Below are positions 27,601 through 36,977 of a stretch of DNA of 64,000 nucleotides, in pieces. The stretch lies in the IMG/VR virus record IMGVR_UViG_3300025679_000005. The stretch is one strand, 5' to 3'. The first letter of the stretch is position 1. Each line of letters begins with the position of its first letter. This DNA is from a virus (Duplodnaviria > Caudoviricetes). The notes under the pieces are model-generated. The model searched no databases, was not told the DNA's origin, and saw only the letters and a program-made list of their open reading frames with translations. The position numbers and the translations under genes were made by a program.

Positions 27601-28007
27601 ACTACATGTACAAGGACTTGAAGCAGGAGGATGTGGTGAAGGCCATGTCTGGAGGAATGAATGGCGCCTCTTACAGCCAGTCGTACTCGACAGGTGCAAA
27701 TGCAGGTCGGACTGGACAGCAGCAGGTGAACTTCATGAACGGAGTTCCCGCTGCCCCTGCGCACGCCTCGGGCGGTATGGTCACCGGCATTGCCAATGGC
27801 ATGGCTGTGACGGCGGCAGCTGGCGAAGGCTTGGCGTCTATCGGCAAGGGCGAGCGCATCATCCCCAAGGGCGCTGGCGGTGGTGGGACTGGCCCAATCA
27901 CTGTCAACGTGAACGGCGTCGGTGGGGACGACCTGGCCAAGGTCATCCAGGCCAAGGTCATCGACGGCATTTACGAGTACAAGCGCCGTGAGAGATTCAC
28001 TCCCTAA
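24624..28007 (+). CDS. Tape measure protein
   Basis: 1127 aa, long helical K/A/E-rich; C-terminal HASGGMV...GEGLASIGKGERIIP and ITVNVNG motifs typical of TMP ends. Confidence 0.85.
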   Translation: MADNKNKEILEIGVDTKGAITDFSKFERALTVAMKGIGDAVEAMGKKNEDVTKQAQKDTRLWTDNLDDLKKAYKSEGDEITKMEAMMTALSKKANKASAEEVANIEEQVEQLKKMRSEKAKGLKGRAANDEKFSKGKESVREEAKEAFKAFFHKDFKKLAESGMKTLVKSLKLASVGGKSFRDKGMELQNRGSARGGLSGKAMSAAGSALKGVGAGASKVGELVEGLSKLGPILGLVGTAVMGIVALFLDLDAKSKAFNADIMKTASNAEFLAASGGDVDGAFDHVKSTLTGIRKAAISFDNIKWGISPEEHTAIVNVLNQEGVSLQTIERSAIDAAKANKTYTESFEGNTKAVEDFQTELAHVSVAYSRAFGVPLQAINQLQGEMFKEMGVSLEHTGKAFEEMYKEASKSDIAVGTFFDMIRGVSSDLSLWTTRMDSAVKLLGKLGTAMSPRNASKFMATLIQGNKGKNQVDLVQQTMMVGIEETRKLNAQSIKRSEKALAKTLKLGDRDINTMSEDELEDAVKALDPKQRGEARGALYQRKIMKAQNATKGAVGVANASGNMDTTAVLQSNYDRLLKLSNAKNLTEAMSKGGLGLYAQANNGQGFSNDTVMDFGKLENSAEMQRKMLKKKLTSSDKNDQNEAKESLKSAGIEADSLEGLIEKVNKAGVGDLTNTLNEIDQDKPDKTDQQNILDAALKQNDLTQSWQKKFDMFVDWAMNSLFQVLLDIYELLAHSKLFGTGEMGAKADVAAAKSPELTKIMQESAGVNADFQKALFKQGSTFSVSLLKALKGDKKGDVEEQISEGFKRNGTSDMVTSAAEGAGLDDKTIERLSEATLDQIDLVDKLKNLNIDDDKRAAFMHQIAGMLSPTELPKLFSKVVVPAADANADAQASTGGGLPSSWDAAPASSGYGPPAPSAQQAPSSAAPAATAAKAAETATDSLSMSTEQTKTLRSIDNQMDKFKMDTTFLKGPYKDTMGDSVLKAVRTALFEYYMYKDLKQEDVVKAMSGGMNGASYSQSYSTGANAGRTGQQQVNFMNGVPAAPAHASGGMVTGIANGMAVTAAAGEGLASIGKGERIIPKGAGGGGTGPITVNVNGVGGDDLAKVIQAKVIDGIYEYKRRERFTP

Positions 28008-28864
28008 TGGCTAGAATTGCTTCCGCCAACGCTGATTTTAAGGCGATCAACACCCCTTCGTCTGAGGATGCCTACGTCCACCCAGCGGCTACGCGGAAGG
28101 GCCCAATTCCCATGGCCTTCCAGGTGACCTCTCCGTTCAATCGAAGCACGTTGTTGATGCCGCACGCCTTGGTCATGCACGTCAATCCGTCTTCATTCCA
28201 AGAGAGTTACACTCAGAAAATAGAGCGCTTTCAGACCAGAGGCGGCTTCGTCGAGCAGCACTGGGGATCGGAACTAACCGAGATCTCAGCGGACGCTTCT
28301 ACGGGAGCGTTCATGAACATCTATACTGGACTCACCAGTATCCTCCGGCAAAAGACGATTGCTTGGGATCGCTACCGAGACCTGCACGACCTGTTCTACA
28401 ACAACGGATCTGTCTACGACCCATACGGCAACATCGTCCTCCAAGGGAATGTCTTGCTGATGTACGACCGAGGCAACTATCTGGGCACTTTCCGTACTTT
28501 CGAAATGGAGGAGACGGACGATACCCCATTTGCCTTCCACATCACTTGGACTTTCAAGGTGGAGAAGACACTGCTGTATATGGCGCCACAGTTCAGCACA
28601 GGGACTGGCCCGAGCTTCCAAAAGCAGAATGCCCTACAAGGAACCTCCCCCTCACCGGCTCCGACTACTCAGCAATTGGTAGTTCCGCCTCCAGCAGCGG
28701 GGTTCGCCAATACTCAGCCCGTAGTCCCATCCCCTGGACTTGTAACACTATCCGAGAGTACGTTTAAGGATATTGACTCATTCAATCAAATCAATAGTCT
28801 GACCCATAATCCGAACGTGCTGGATTCATTCACTATTGATACACGTCCAAAGGGCAGGCCCTAA
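28007..28864 (+). CDS. Baseplate tube-initiator-like protein 1
   Basis: LVMHVNPSSFQESY...TRGGFVEQHWGSELTEISADASTG; follows TMP; paralogous to the C-half of the next gene. Confidence 0.65.
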   Translation: MARIASANADFKAINTPSSEDAYVHPAATRKGPIPMAFQVTSPFNRSTLLMPHALVMHVNPSSFQESYTQKIERFQTRGGFVEQHWGSELTEISADASTGAFMNIYTGLTSILRQKTIAWDRYRDLHDLFYNNGSVYDPYGNIVLQGNVLLMYDRGNYLGTFRTFEMEETDDTPFAFHITWTFKVEKTLLYMAPQFSTGTGPSFQKQNALQGTSPSPAPTTQQLVVPPPAAGFANTQPVVPSPGLVTLSESTFKDIDSFNQINSLTHNPNVLDSFTIDTRPKGRP

Positions 28865-30681
28865 TGCCGGATCCTAAGGTATACGCCCAAATTGAGTCGA
28901 CTGCTGACTTCAATCCTCCAGGTACCTACGCCTTCAGTCCCTCGACTTTTCTCACCTACTACAACGACCTGACCGTAGCTGAGGACCCGCTGGCGGCCTA
29001 TTACATTCCGCTGTCGGCCGTCGCTCAACGAGGGGTCAACCCGAAGCTGTTTGCCATCGGGGTGATCCCACCCGCGGTGAACCTGACGGGCAACCTCCTC
29101 GACAGGAAGCTCTCTAGTACTGCCTCTACTGCGGTCGACGATGCTACCACGGGGGCTGGCCAGACGTACGTGGGCACTGTCGCTGGGGTTGCCGCCGATC
29201 GCAGCACCTACATAAAGGACATGGTGGATTGGGCTACTAACCCGCCTAAAGGCAGAAGCACGTCTGACCCCACCTATCAGACGGTGGTGGAGGGTCGCAA
29301 CAACGACACCAATAAGGCGTACAGCTCCTGTGGGGAACTGCCTCAGTGGATGTTGTACAATTTAGGTGTTCGGTCGGACATCATCAATAGGGTAGAGAAC
29401 ACAGACGCTACCTACAAGCCAGGGCAAAATTCCACGAATCTAGCCTTCAATAGGCTGAGTAAGGGAATCAGCTCAAAGACGCAGTACAACACTGGGGATA
29501 CCATATTCATTTGGAATAAGCCTACGGCCCACGACCTGCACACCATCGTAGTCCTCAGCCAGACTGTGGACAGTGGCGGCAACGTCACACAGTTGAAGAC
29601 TGGAGAATACGGACAGCCAGGGGGCAACGAGTTCACTAGGGACATCACCTACAAGAACAGTGACGGGGACATAGTGCCGGCGGGCACCCCTGATTCGACC
29701 CCATTTATGGGTGAGCGCCAAATTCAGCGGATTCTGCCCTTAGCCTCGGTTCTTGCCGATGCTGCGAAGAAGGGGCAATTGGTTGATGATATTCGTTTGC
29801 CCAACGATGCCCAAAATGGGGTTGCCGCCGACGGCAAATCAACTGCCTGGACCGGCGACAAGGCGGACGCAGCTAGGAAGCAACAGCAGAAGCTTGCCAA
29901 TACCCCTCTGATTGCGGATGCAGCAGGTCAGGCCTTTCAGGCGGCCCAACGCGCACAATACCTAGCTGTCAAGGGGGCTTTGGACGCCATGGCTAACTCC
30001 CCTCCGTTGAGGATGCTGGTCAATCCCAAGTCCTTCAGCGTGAAGGGCGAGAAGATTGTTTCTGACGGTAGCTGGGGTCGCAACGGGCCGATCATCGAGC
30101 ACTGGGGCAACAACCAGGATAAAATCTCTGCCTCGGGCAAGGTCTCTGGCTTCTATGCGGTTAGCATCGAGGATGCTGGCGGCCCTGGCCTTACCAGGAT
30201 GGCTAGGAATTTCTCGCAAGCCTGGCAGAACTTCCAGAGCCTGTACCTGTTCTACAAGAACAACGGTGCCCTTTACACCAAGGACTTCGCCTCTGGCAGC
30301 AACCAGGTGAACCTGGCTTTGGTGGGCTCAATCTACATCTACTACGACAACATCCTGTACATCGGGTCCTTCGACAATTTCAGCCTTTCAGAGGACGATG
30401 CCGCTCCTTTTTCGATGGATTACAGCTACGACTTCACTGTTAGGGCAGCCTTCCTATTAGACCAGCCAGACACCCTGACTTATGGTAGAGTTACTGACCC
30501 GAATGCGGGGTCCACTGTCCCGAACTCGGCCTCGTTGATTCAGACGACTTCCGCCGCGAATTCGCAGACCCTATTAGGGGCTGACGCGAGGGCGGAAGCT
30601 GACGTTGTCGCTATTGCTCAGCCGACTGTTCCCACTACGATCACAGCTCAAGCACTCACCGGAATCAACGGACCGTTCTAA
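28864..30681 (+). CDS. Baseplate tube-initiator-like protein 2 with inserted CHAP/NlpC-P60-like domain
   Basis: C-half LRMLVNPKSFSV...GPIIEHWGNNQDKISASG; insert SSCGELPQWML...GDTIFIW...HDLHTIVV...TGEYG. Confidence 0.6.
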   Translation: MPDPKVYAQIESTADFNPPGTYAFSPSTFLTYYNDLTVAEDPLAAYYIPLSAVAQRGVNPKLFAIGVIPPAVNLTGNLLDRKLSSTASTAVDDATTGAGQTYVGTVAGVAADRSTYIKDMVDWATNPPKGRSTSDPTYQTVVEGRNNDTNKAYSSCGELPQWMLYNLGVRSDIINRVENTDATYKPGQNSTNLAFNRLSKGISSKTQYNTGDTIFIWNKPTAHDLHTIVVLSQTVDSGGNVTQLKTGEYGQPGGNEFTRDITYKNSDGDIVPAGTPDSTPFMGERQIQRILPLASVLADAAKKGQLVDDIRLPNDAQNGVAADGKSTAWTGDKADAARKQQQKLANTPLIADAAGQAFQAAQRAQYLAVKGALDAMANSPPLRMLVNPKSFSVKGEKIVSDGSWGRNGPIIEHWGNNQDKISASGKVSGFYAVSIEDAGGPGLTRMARNFSQAWQNFQSLYLFYKNNGALYTKDFASGSNQVNLALVGSIYIYYDNILYIGSFDNFSLSEDDAAPFSMDYSYDFTVRAAFLLDQPDTLTYGRVTDPNAGSTVPNSASLIQTTSAANSQTLLGADARAEADVVAIAQPTVPTTITAQALTGINGPF

Positions 30682-33600
30682 TGGCAAGAGGCCCCTATCA
30701 AGGTACGTGGCAGCAAGGGATACGCCCCACAGTGGTGACGGCGCCGGACACGCTTGTCTTCATCAATGGCGAAGCGGACATCCTTGGGTGCCAGTCATGT
30801 CGCCGTCGATTCGACTGGAACAAGTACATCACATCCGTTACCGTGGACTTGAGCGTCGAAAGTTCTCCAGGCTCGGCATCCATCAACCTCTCTGTCCCCA
30901 GGCATTCGGTGGACGAATTCTACTATGACGGTGTGCCGCTCATTTCTCCGATGATGGAAGTTGAGATCTACTCGAAGGGGTACTACACCATAGAGGGATT
31001 GCCTCAGTATTACCCTATTTTTTGGGGGATGGTCACAGAGGTAGGGGACAGTTACTCGGCCGGAGAGCACTCATTTTCGATCAGTTGCTCAGATATCCTC
31101 AAGTGGTGGGAAATCTGCAAGATGAACATCAACCCTGCCTTTACTCAGGCAACAGGTCAGGCGGGCAAGAGCATCTTCGGAAACGTGTTCTTCGGCACGA
31201 ACCCGTACGACATCATTTGGACGCTCGCCCAGCAGTCATTCGGTGACGTGATCGTAGGTACCGGTTCTTTGATCAGCTTCCACAAGGAGCCCCAGCAAAA
31301 GGCCACGTTCGCTGCCGTCCTTAACGACATCATGCAGTACTGGAACCAAAGGTTCAGCAAAATACGCTCGAACCTCCTCCTGTACGGAACCACAGGCACA
31401 GCCGTTCGAGGCGATGTAATCCAGGCAGCGTATCAGTCGGGCAAGTCCACCTTCAAGAAGCCGTTCGCTAGTCAACTAGTTCGCCAAGCGAACGGCAACG
31501 ATTCGGCTCAGATGGACATTGACGTTACGGATCCCTCTGTAGTGGCGTTTCGCACTCAGTTCTCCAAGGCAGGCGTCGTGAACCTCTGGCAGAGCGAATA
31601 CCAGACCAAGCTAGAACTAGCTAACGCTGCCAAGGAAGCTATCGGTTTCGAGTTCTACATGGACGTGACAGGAGATATCGTTTTCAAGCCTCCGTTCTAC
31701 AACCTCGACATCATCAGCAACAAGCCCATCTCCTGGATCCAAGACATCGACATCATCGACTGGGACCTCTCGGAGTCGGAGGCTGAGGTCGTGACGCAGA
31801 TCCAGTTGCAGGGCAACATGAATGGGGCGGTGGACTACGGGTCCACTGAAGAGACGACACCCTTCACATCCGTGACCGACTACCACCTGCTTCGTAAATA
31901 CGGTTGGCGCTCCCAGCCGTACAACTCGGAGTTCATGGCGAGCCCTATCCAGATGTTCTACGTGGGCTTGGATTTGCTGGATCGCTTGAATGCTAAGCGT
32001 TTCCGAGCAAACATCACCATCCCCCATCGTCCCGAGCTTCGTCTGGGATTCCCGATCTACTTGGCTCCGAAGGATCAGGTCTGGTACATCCAAGGGATCA
32101 ACCACAACGTCACTTTCGGCGGCCGGGCCACAACTACTCTGAGCCTTACGGCTAAACGCACCAAATTCGTTGCCCCAAAAGGTATCGGCACGATAGCTCT
32201 TACGGGATTCAAAGGAGACAAGACTACGCCGGCAAGGAAGATCTTGGCTACGGAGAAGGTCACCCTGACCACCCAGCAGCTGTCGGCTGGAGGGCAGTTC
32301 CAAGCAAAGGTAGGTGCCGCTGCTGAGTTGCCTCCAGTCAATGCTCCAGTCAATCCTGGTGATGACGATCCATATGCACCTCTTGAGCTGAGGCACCCAA
32401 AGACGGGCCGTCTAGTAGGGTACCCTAATGTGGTGATGGCCTATACCCGTCCGTTCCAGAATGTGCCAGAGGCCACCATGGCAAAACTTTCTGGTCAGGC
32501 CGCCGCCAAAGCAGCACGTGTGGCTCAAAGTAAAATAGCGGACTTCAATAAAGCGGCTCCGCAGCAACTCACCGATATCGCTAACGCCTCTCATACAGCG
32601 GACGCAACAGACGCCCTGAGGGAGAAACACCTCAACAATCGCTACAGCTACGGCATAAACTCTGCGGGCGTTTACACGTACCTCCACGATACGTCCAAGG
32701 TAGTGAAGGAGATGTTGCTCCTCCCCAGTAAAAATATTGACTTCGGTAAGAGCAGTCTGAAGTTTGAGGGCTCTACAGGCATGATCAGGCCCGTCTCGGA
32801 CGAGCGAGGCTTCGAGGTCATCGGACATCATCGCTACGGCCGCGGGGTGTCCTTGCGAGACGGGTCACTGATTCTGAATGCCAACAGGCCCAACTCACAG
32901 GCGAACATCGGAACACAGATAGCATTGGGCGGAAGCCTCTTTGAGACCTTGCAGGCCCAGTCACAGGGGTTGACGACGATCTCCAATCAGTACTTGGATC
33001 CGGCGGATGCTATTGCTCGTTTGGCTCCGGACGATCTTCAGACAGCGGGTATGATCAATCCAGATACCCATAAGCCGCAGTTCACGAACACGAGTACATC
33101 CTTCATAGACACCGCTACCTTGAACTCTCCTGAGCAAAAGGGGGCGTCACCTAGCGTTGAGGTCTCTCAGCTGTCCAGGGCACTAACCCTGGCTGAAATG
33201 CAAGTCAAAGAGGACCTAGCCCCCAAAGACGACTGCATATGCCTGACAGGTCGCGCAGATCTGGCGTTCTTGAACATCGGTTACCAGGTCAAAGTGATTC
33301 GGCCTACGACAGCGGATACCACACAACAGCCAGTGCCGGTTACGAATGAAATAGCCCGTCAGAATTTGATCCAAACGGCTATTGACGATGGCACACCTGT
33401 GTCAGCTTCAGCGGTCACTCCAAGTCGTGACCAGCTCGCTACTAGGGTAGAGACCTTTCTGGCGAACCTCTACAAGGCGTTGGACGACCCGCACCAGCAG
33501 TTCGAAAGGGAGCTGCGTGGTGAACTCATGGTGGTTCCGACGGCCTCCCCTGGAGATGTCCGATTCGGTTCCAACCCATCTACAGAGTCTCCATTCGCTC

Positions 33601-33959
33601 CTCCATACTCCATTCCTGAGCGAGCGGCAGGTGGAGACCCCAATGTCATAGCTCTTCAGGCAAAAACCTCATTGAACCAAGCTTCTAATGCTTGGTCAGC
33701 TTTCGGTAATAAGCTGAAGACGAATGCCACTCAAACACTTCTTCAGGGGCAGATCAACAAGGACCAGACTGACATCACTACCCTGCAAGCGCAGCAGTTC
33801 AGCCTTGAGGCAGCCGTGGCCACGCACAGTGTCATCGTTGGAGCCCCTAACGCTACGACTCAATTGGCTCAGGTCAATGCGGATCTTGCTCAGAAAGAGC
33901 AGGATCTCGCTAACAAGCAGGCCCAATTGAGCGTCCTCAGCCAGAAGGTGCCCTCGTAA
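30681..33959 (+). CDS. Baseplate hub protein (gp27/gp44-like)
   Basis: ASINLSVPRH, GFEFYMDVTGDIVFKPPFY, ANITIPHRPELRLGFPIY...YIQGINHNVTFGGRATTTLSL hub motifs. Confidence 0.7.
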   Translation: MARGPYQGTWQQGIRPTVVTAPDTLVFINGEADILGCQSCRRRFDWNKYITSVTVDLSVESSPGSASINLSVPRHSVDEFYYDGVPLISPMMEVEIYSKGYYTIEGLPQYYPIFWGMVTEVGDSYSAGEHSFSISCSDILKWWEICKMNINPAFTQATGQAGKSIFGNVFFGTNPYDIIWTLAQQSFGDVIVGTGSLISFHKEPQQKATFAAVLNDIMQYWNQRFSKIRSNLLLYGTTGTAVRGDVIQAAYQSGKSTFKKPFASQLVRQANGNDSAQMDIDVTDPSVVAFRTQFSKAGVVNLWQSEYQTKLELANAAKEAIGFEFYMDVTGDIVFKPPFYNLDIISNKPISWIQDIDIIDWDLSESEAEVVTQIQLQGNMNGAVDYGSTEETTPFTSVTDYHLLRKYGWRSQPYNSEFMASPIQMFYVGLDLLDRLNAKRFRANITIPHRPELRLGFPIYLAPKDQVWYIQGINHNVTFGGRATTTLSLTAKRTKFVAPKGIGTIALTGFKGDKTTPARKILATEKVTLTTQQLSAGGQFQAKVGAAAELPPVNAPVNPGDDDPYAPLELRHPKTGRLVGYPNVVMAYTRPFQNVPEATMAKLSGQAAAKAARVAQSKIADFNKAAPQQLTDIANASHTADATDALREKHLNNRYSYGINSAGVYTYLHDTSKVVKEMLLLPSKNIDFGKSSLKFEGSTGMIRPVSDERGFEVIGHHRYGRGVSLRDGSLILNANRPNSQANIGTQIALGGSLFETLQAQSQGLTTISNQYLDPADAIARLAPDDLQTAGMINPDTHKPQFTNTSTSFIDTATLNSPEQKGASPSVEVSQLSRALTLAEMQVKEDLAPKDDCICLTGRADLAFLNIGYQVKVIRPTTADTTQQPVPVTNEIARQNLIQTAIDDGTPVSASAVTPSRDQLATRVETFLANLYKALDDPHQQFERELRGELMVVPTASPGDVRFGSNPSTESPFAPPYSIPERAAGGDPNVIALQAKTSLNQASNAWSAFGNKLKTNATQTLLQGQINKDQTDITTLQAQQFSLEAAVATHSVIVGAPNATTQLAQVNADLAQKEQDLANKQAQLSVLSQKVPS

Positions 33960-36136
33960 TGCCTATGAGCAGGACCCCTAAACACGTCCAGGGCTCTACC
34001 CCCGGCAAGGACTTTGTTGATACCGCGGATATCAGCGGGATCAAGATCGGTATGGTCATTCGTGTCGACGAAGTGAACATGAAGGCCGATCTGAAGATTC
34101 TCAGCAGCAGCAGTGAGCGGTACGAAATCGATCTGACCCAGGGGATCGCAGGGCCACGGAGCTTCTGGGGTGGTATCCCCGAGGTCAACTCCTTGGTGGT
34201 CGTTGGGTACCGTCGAATCCACAAGCATCTGTACGATGCTGTGATCTTGGGTTACTTGCCTACGGGCAATCGTGCCGGCCTGCGCTTTGATCCCCACTCC
34301 CCGGAAGACCCTGGGGAAATCAGCGCTGAGGATAGGGACAACTTCGCTCAAGTCCTTGGCACGACCAGGCGTCTTAAGCGTCTGAACCTTCGTCCTGGTG
34401 ATGTGGGTGGCATGTCCGCTTCCGGGTCTGAGCTAGTCCTCAGCAAAGATGTGAGGATGGCGAACCGCGCCGGGGACTCCATCGAGCTACGAGACTCCGA
34501 TCGCACCCTCATCTCGCAGACCATCCACAGGGTCGAGAGTGACGCCGGCATCAAGAGGATTTCAGGCCCTATCCGACGTGGGACCTTCTTCATTCCGAAC
34601 GACCTGCTCAAAGCTGACGGGACACTACGGGACACAGACACAGCCTACTATGGCCGAGACACCTTGCAGATAGCGGGCCCAGGGATCGGTTCGGGGTCTG
34701 CGGCTAAGTTTTCGAACGCTGCTGGCAAACCCCTCAGTTTGTTCAATGACACGACCACGTTTCCCCCGGTCACCTACTCCAATGGTCGTCGGGTGCACTA
34801 TCCGCCGACATCTCCAGCAGTCAGTATCGAAGATCCCAATGAGTCTGCTGACGCTTTCGTCGAAGATCGCCTAGAGCTTGGCCACACTTCTGATTTGACT
34901 CAAGAAGTGATTGAGGAGATTGACGGATTCTCCTTGGATCGGAATACACCCTACATCGAAAGAGTCATGGGGACAGTGGTGGGCAATGACTCATCGACTA
35001 CTAGGGGGCAGCGTCAGTACGGCAAAATCCTGAAGCCTAAGCTTTTCCCTGACTTTCAGTCTATCGCTTTAGGCAAATTCACGCTTGAGGCTGTCGATCG
35101 GAACCCTACGGCACCAGACCTTGAAGTAGCAACCTCTGCGGCGGCCTTCTACTTTAAGGTGCGCCCCCCTAGGTCTACTGGAGACAACGCTTTCGTAGCG
35201 GCTGTCAGCAAGCAAGGAAAGCTGTTTTTGAATGTCCCCGCCTCTACGGTTGAAGACTACCCTAGCGGTACCAAGAAGGTGTCCGTTGAGATGAGCCTAG
35301 AAGGCGCCCTCAAGGCCTTCATTGGAGCCTCGAACCCTGACCGCATCTCCGCACACATAACCCTTGAAGGCGGGTTGCATTTGGACATCGGTAGGGATGC
35401 CCAGGGCAACGCTATCACCACGAGGTACCACTCGGGGACCAAAACGGTCTACGAGGGAAATCCCAACGAAGACGACGTGACAGCCAGCCTTGAAATACGG
35501 GGCATCAAAGAATCGAACATATCTGGAGCAGAGCGGAAGGTCATCGAAGGTTCGAAGCAGACGACCGTTAGCGGCCAGTACCAGGTGAATGCCGACCGCT
35601 ACAGTGTGAATGCATTCCAGGGAGCCTCGCTAAACTTCGGTGAACTCAATCAGATGGTCAGCGGCAAGACCCAGTTGAACTTTGCACTTCAGGTTCTAGA
35701 GAACATCGCTTTGGGTGGCAAGATTTCTACAATTTTGGCTGGTGGCTTGACTCAGACGGTCCTTGCGGGAGCAATCTCTTATAGTGCCTTGGCAGGAGCC
35801 GTCTCTATTGCAGCCCCGGCAGGAGCCTACTCGGTCACGGTTGGAGTAGGGGCCATGTCCATGACCACAGGAGCAGGGGCTGTCACCATCTCCACAGGAG
35901 CGGGCGTCATGTCCTTGGCAGCAGGGGCTGGTGCCATATCGATGACGGCTGGTTTGGCCATTAACTTGGCGGCTACAACCATCATCTCGATGATAGCCCC
36001 TCAGATACTTTTTGGCGGCCCAGCGGCCGTCCTAGGGGTTGTTAGAGGGGTGCCGGCAATGCCACCCGGGTCTCCGTCTTTGGACATCATCACTGGGATC
36101 CCACTTCCAGGAAGTGCCCTAGTAAGGTCTCTCTGA
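33959..36136 (+). CDS. Central spike protein (gp5/gpV/gp138-like)
   Basis: N-terminal OB-fold pattern (GMVIRVD...FWGGIPEVNSLVVVGY...ILGY); C-terminal about eight 9-residue xGAxSxT beta-helix repeats. Confidence 0.75.
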   Translation: MPMSRTPKHVQGSTPGKDFVDTADISGIKIGMVIRVDEVNMKADLKILSSSSERYEIDLTQGIAGPRSFWGGIPEVNSLVVVGYRRIHKHLYDAVILGYLPTGNRAGLRFDPHSPEDPGEISAEDRDNFAQVLGTTRRLKRLNLRPGDVGGMSASGSELVLSKDVRMANRAGDSIELRDSDRTLISQTIHRVESDAGIKRISGPIRRGTFFIPNDLLKADGTLRDTDTAYYGRDTLQIAGPGIGSGSAAKFSNAAGKPLSLFNDTTTFPPVTYSNGRRVHYPPTSPAVSIEDPNESADAFVEDRLELGHTSDLTQEVIEEIDGFSLDRNTPYIERVMGTVVGNDSSTTRGQRQYGKILKPKLFPDFQSIALGKFTLEAVDRNPTAPDLEVATSAAAFYFKVRPPRSTGDNAFVAAVSKQGKLFLNVPASTVEDYPSGTKKVSVEMSLEGALKAFIGASNPDRISAHITLEGGLHLDIGRDAQGNAITTRYHSGTKTVYEGNPNEDDVTASLEIRGIKESNISGAERKVIEGSKQTTVSGQYQVNADRYSVNAFQGASLNFGELNQMVSGKTQLNFALQVLENIALGGKISTILAGGLTQTVLAGAISYSALAGAVSIAAPAGAYSVTVGVGAMSMTTGAGAVTISTGAGVMSLAAGAGAISMTAGLAINLAATTIISMIAPQILFGGPAAVLGVVRGVPAMPPGSPSLDIITGIPLPGSALVRSL

Positions 36137-36708
36137 TGCCCGTCTCCCCTCCTGGCATCATTGGGGCTATAGTCCCTAGCCTGGTTTCTTGTGCCTGTAT
36201 AGGAGTGGGGACTCCCAAGTACGCGAACGGGGTTGCTCAGGGCCTAGTTCGCTGGATCCCCCTTGTCAAAGTCACAACAGTAGACGGAGGGACCGCTGGG
36301 GTAGGTACCAACGTGCCTCTGCCTTTGATAGTGCCAACCCCTCTTTTGTACGCGAACTTGCTGAGTGGCATGCTAAGTCAAGGATTTCACGGAATCATGA
36401 TGCCCGCTTTCGTTTCAGGCCTTTCGACCGGGCTGGCCATTTCTTTTTTCCAGATGCTGATTAAGACCAACCATCCTGTAGTGGGCATCGGATCCGGTGT
36501 AGCAAGAATGCAAGCTCCTCCAGCTTTTGCAGCTATATCAGCAGGATTTTCGGCGGCTGGGATGACTGGTCCTGGCTCGGTACGGGCTGCAAGGGCTTTG
36601 GCCAGCGGGCTGGATAGGACTTTCGCTAGCTTACTGATTCCCATTGCCATAGTAGGCCCGCCATCTGTGTCGCCTGGGGTTGGCGTAGGATTTGGGAGTA
36701 TACTGTAA
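36136..36708 (+). CDS. Gly/Pro/Ala-rich hydrophobic structural protein
   Basis: 190 aa, TGATG-coupled to the spike gene; very few charged residues. Confidence 0.6.
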   Translation: MPVSPPGIIGAIVPSLVSCACIGVGTPKYANGVAQGLVRWIPLVKVTTVDGGTAGVGTNVPLPLIVPTPLLYANLLSGMLSQGFHGIMMPAFVSGLSTGLAISFFQMLIKTNHPVVGIGSGVARMQAPPAFAAISAGFSAAGMTGPGSVRAARALASGLDRTFASLLIPIAIVGPPSVSPGVGVGFGSIL

Positions 36709-36758
36709 GTCTTGGCGACCGTATGTCGCGTATCAACCAAAAAACATGGAGATTGCAA

Positions 36759-36965
36759 ATGAGTAAAGCAACTTTTGGCGTGGTGACTGAAATACACGAA
36801 GCTCGTGAGATTCGGCGAGTTCTGGATGAAGAGGGTACTATCACTTCCCTTGAACCTGGGGACATGAAGACCCGCTTCAAGATTCAGCTGAAGAACACTA
36901 TGGGGGAAACCCTTGAAATCTGGGTCGACGCCCCGAAAGAAGCCGACAACTTCTTCGCTCCGTGA
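36759..36965 (+). CDS. Small hypothetical protein
   Basis: GGAG RBS before ATG 36759; 68 aa. Confidence 0.55.
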   Translation: MSKATFGVVTEIHEAREIRRVLDEEGTITSLEPGDMKTRFKIQLKNTMGETLEIWVDAPKEADNFFAP

Positions 36966-36977
36966 AAGGCCACTTAA

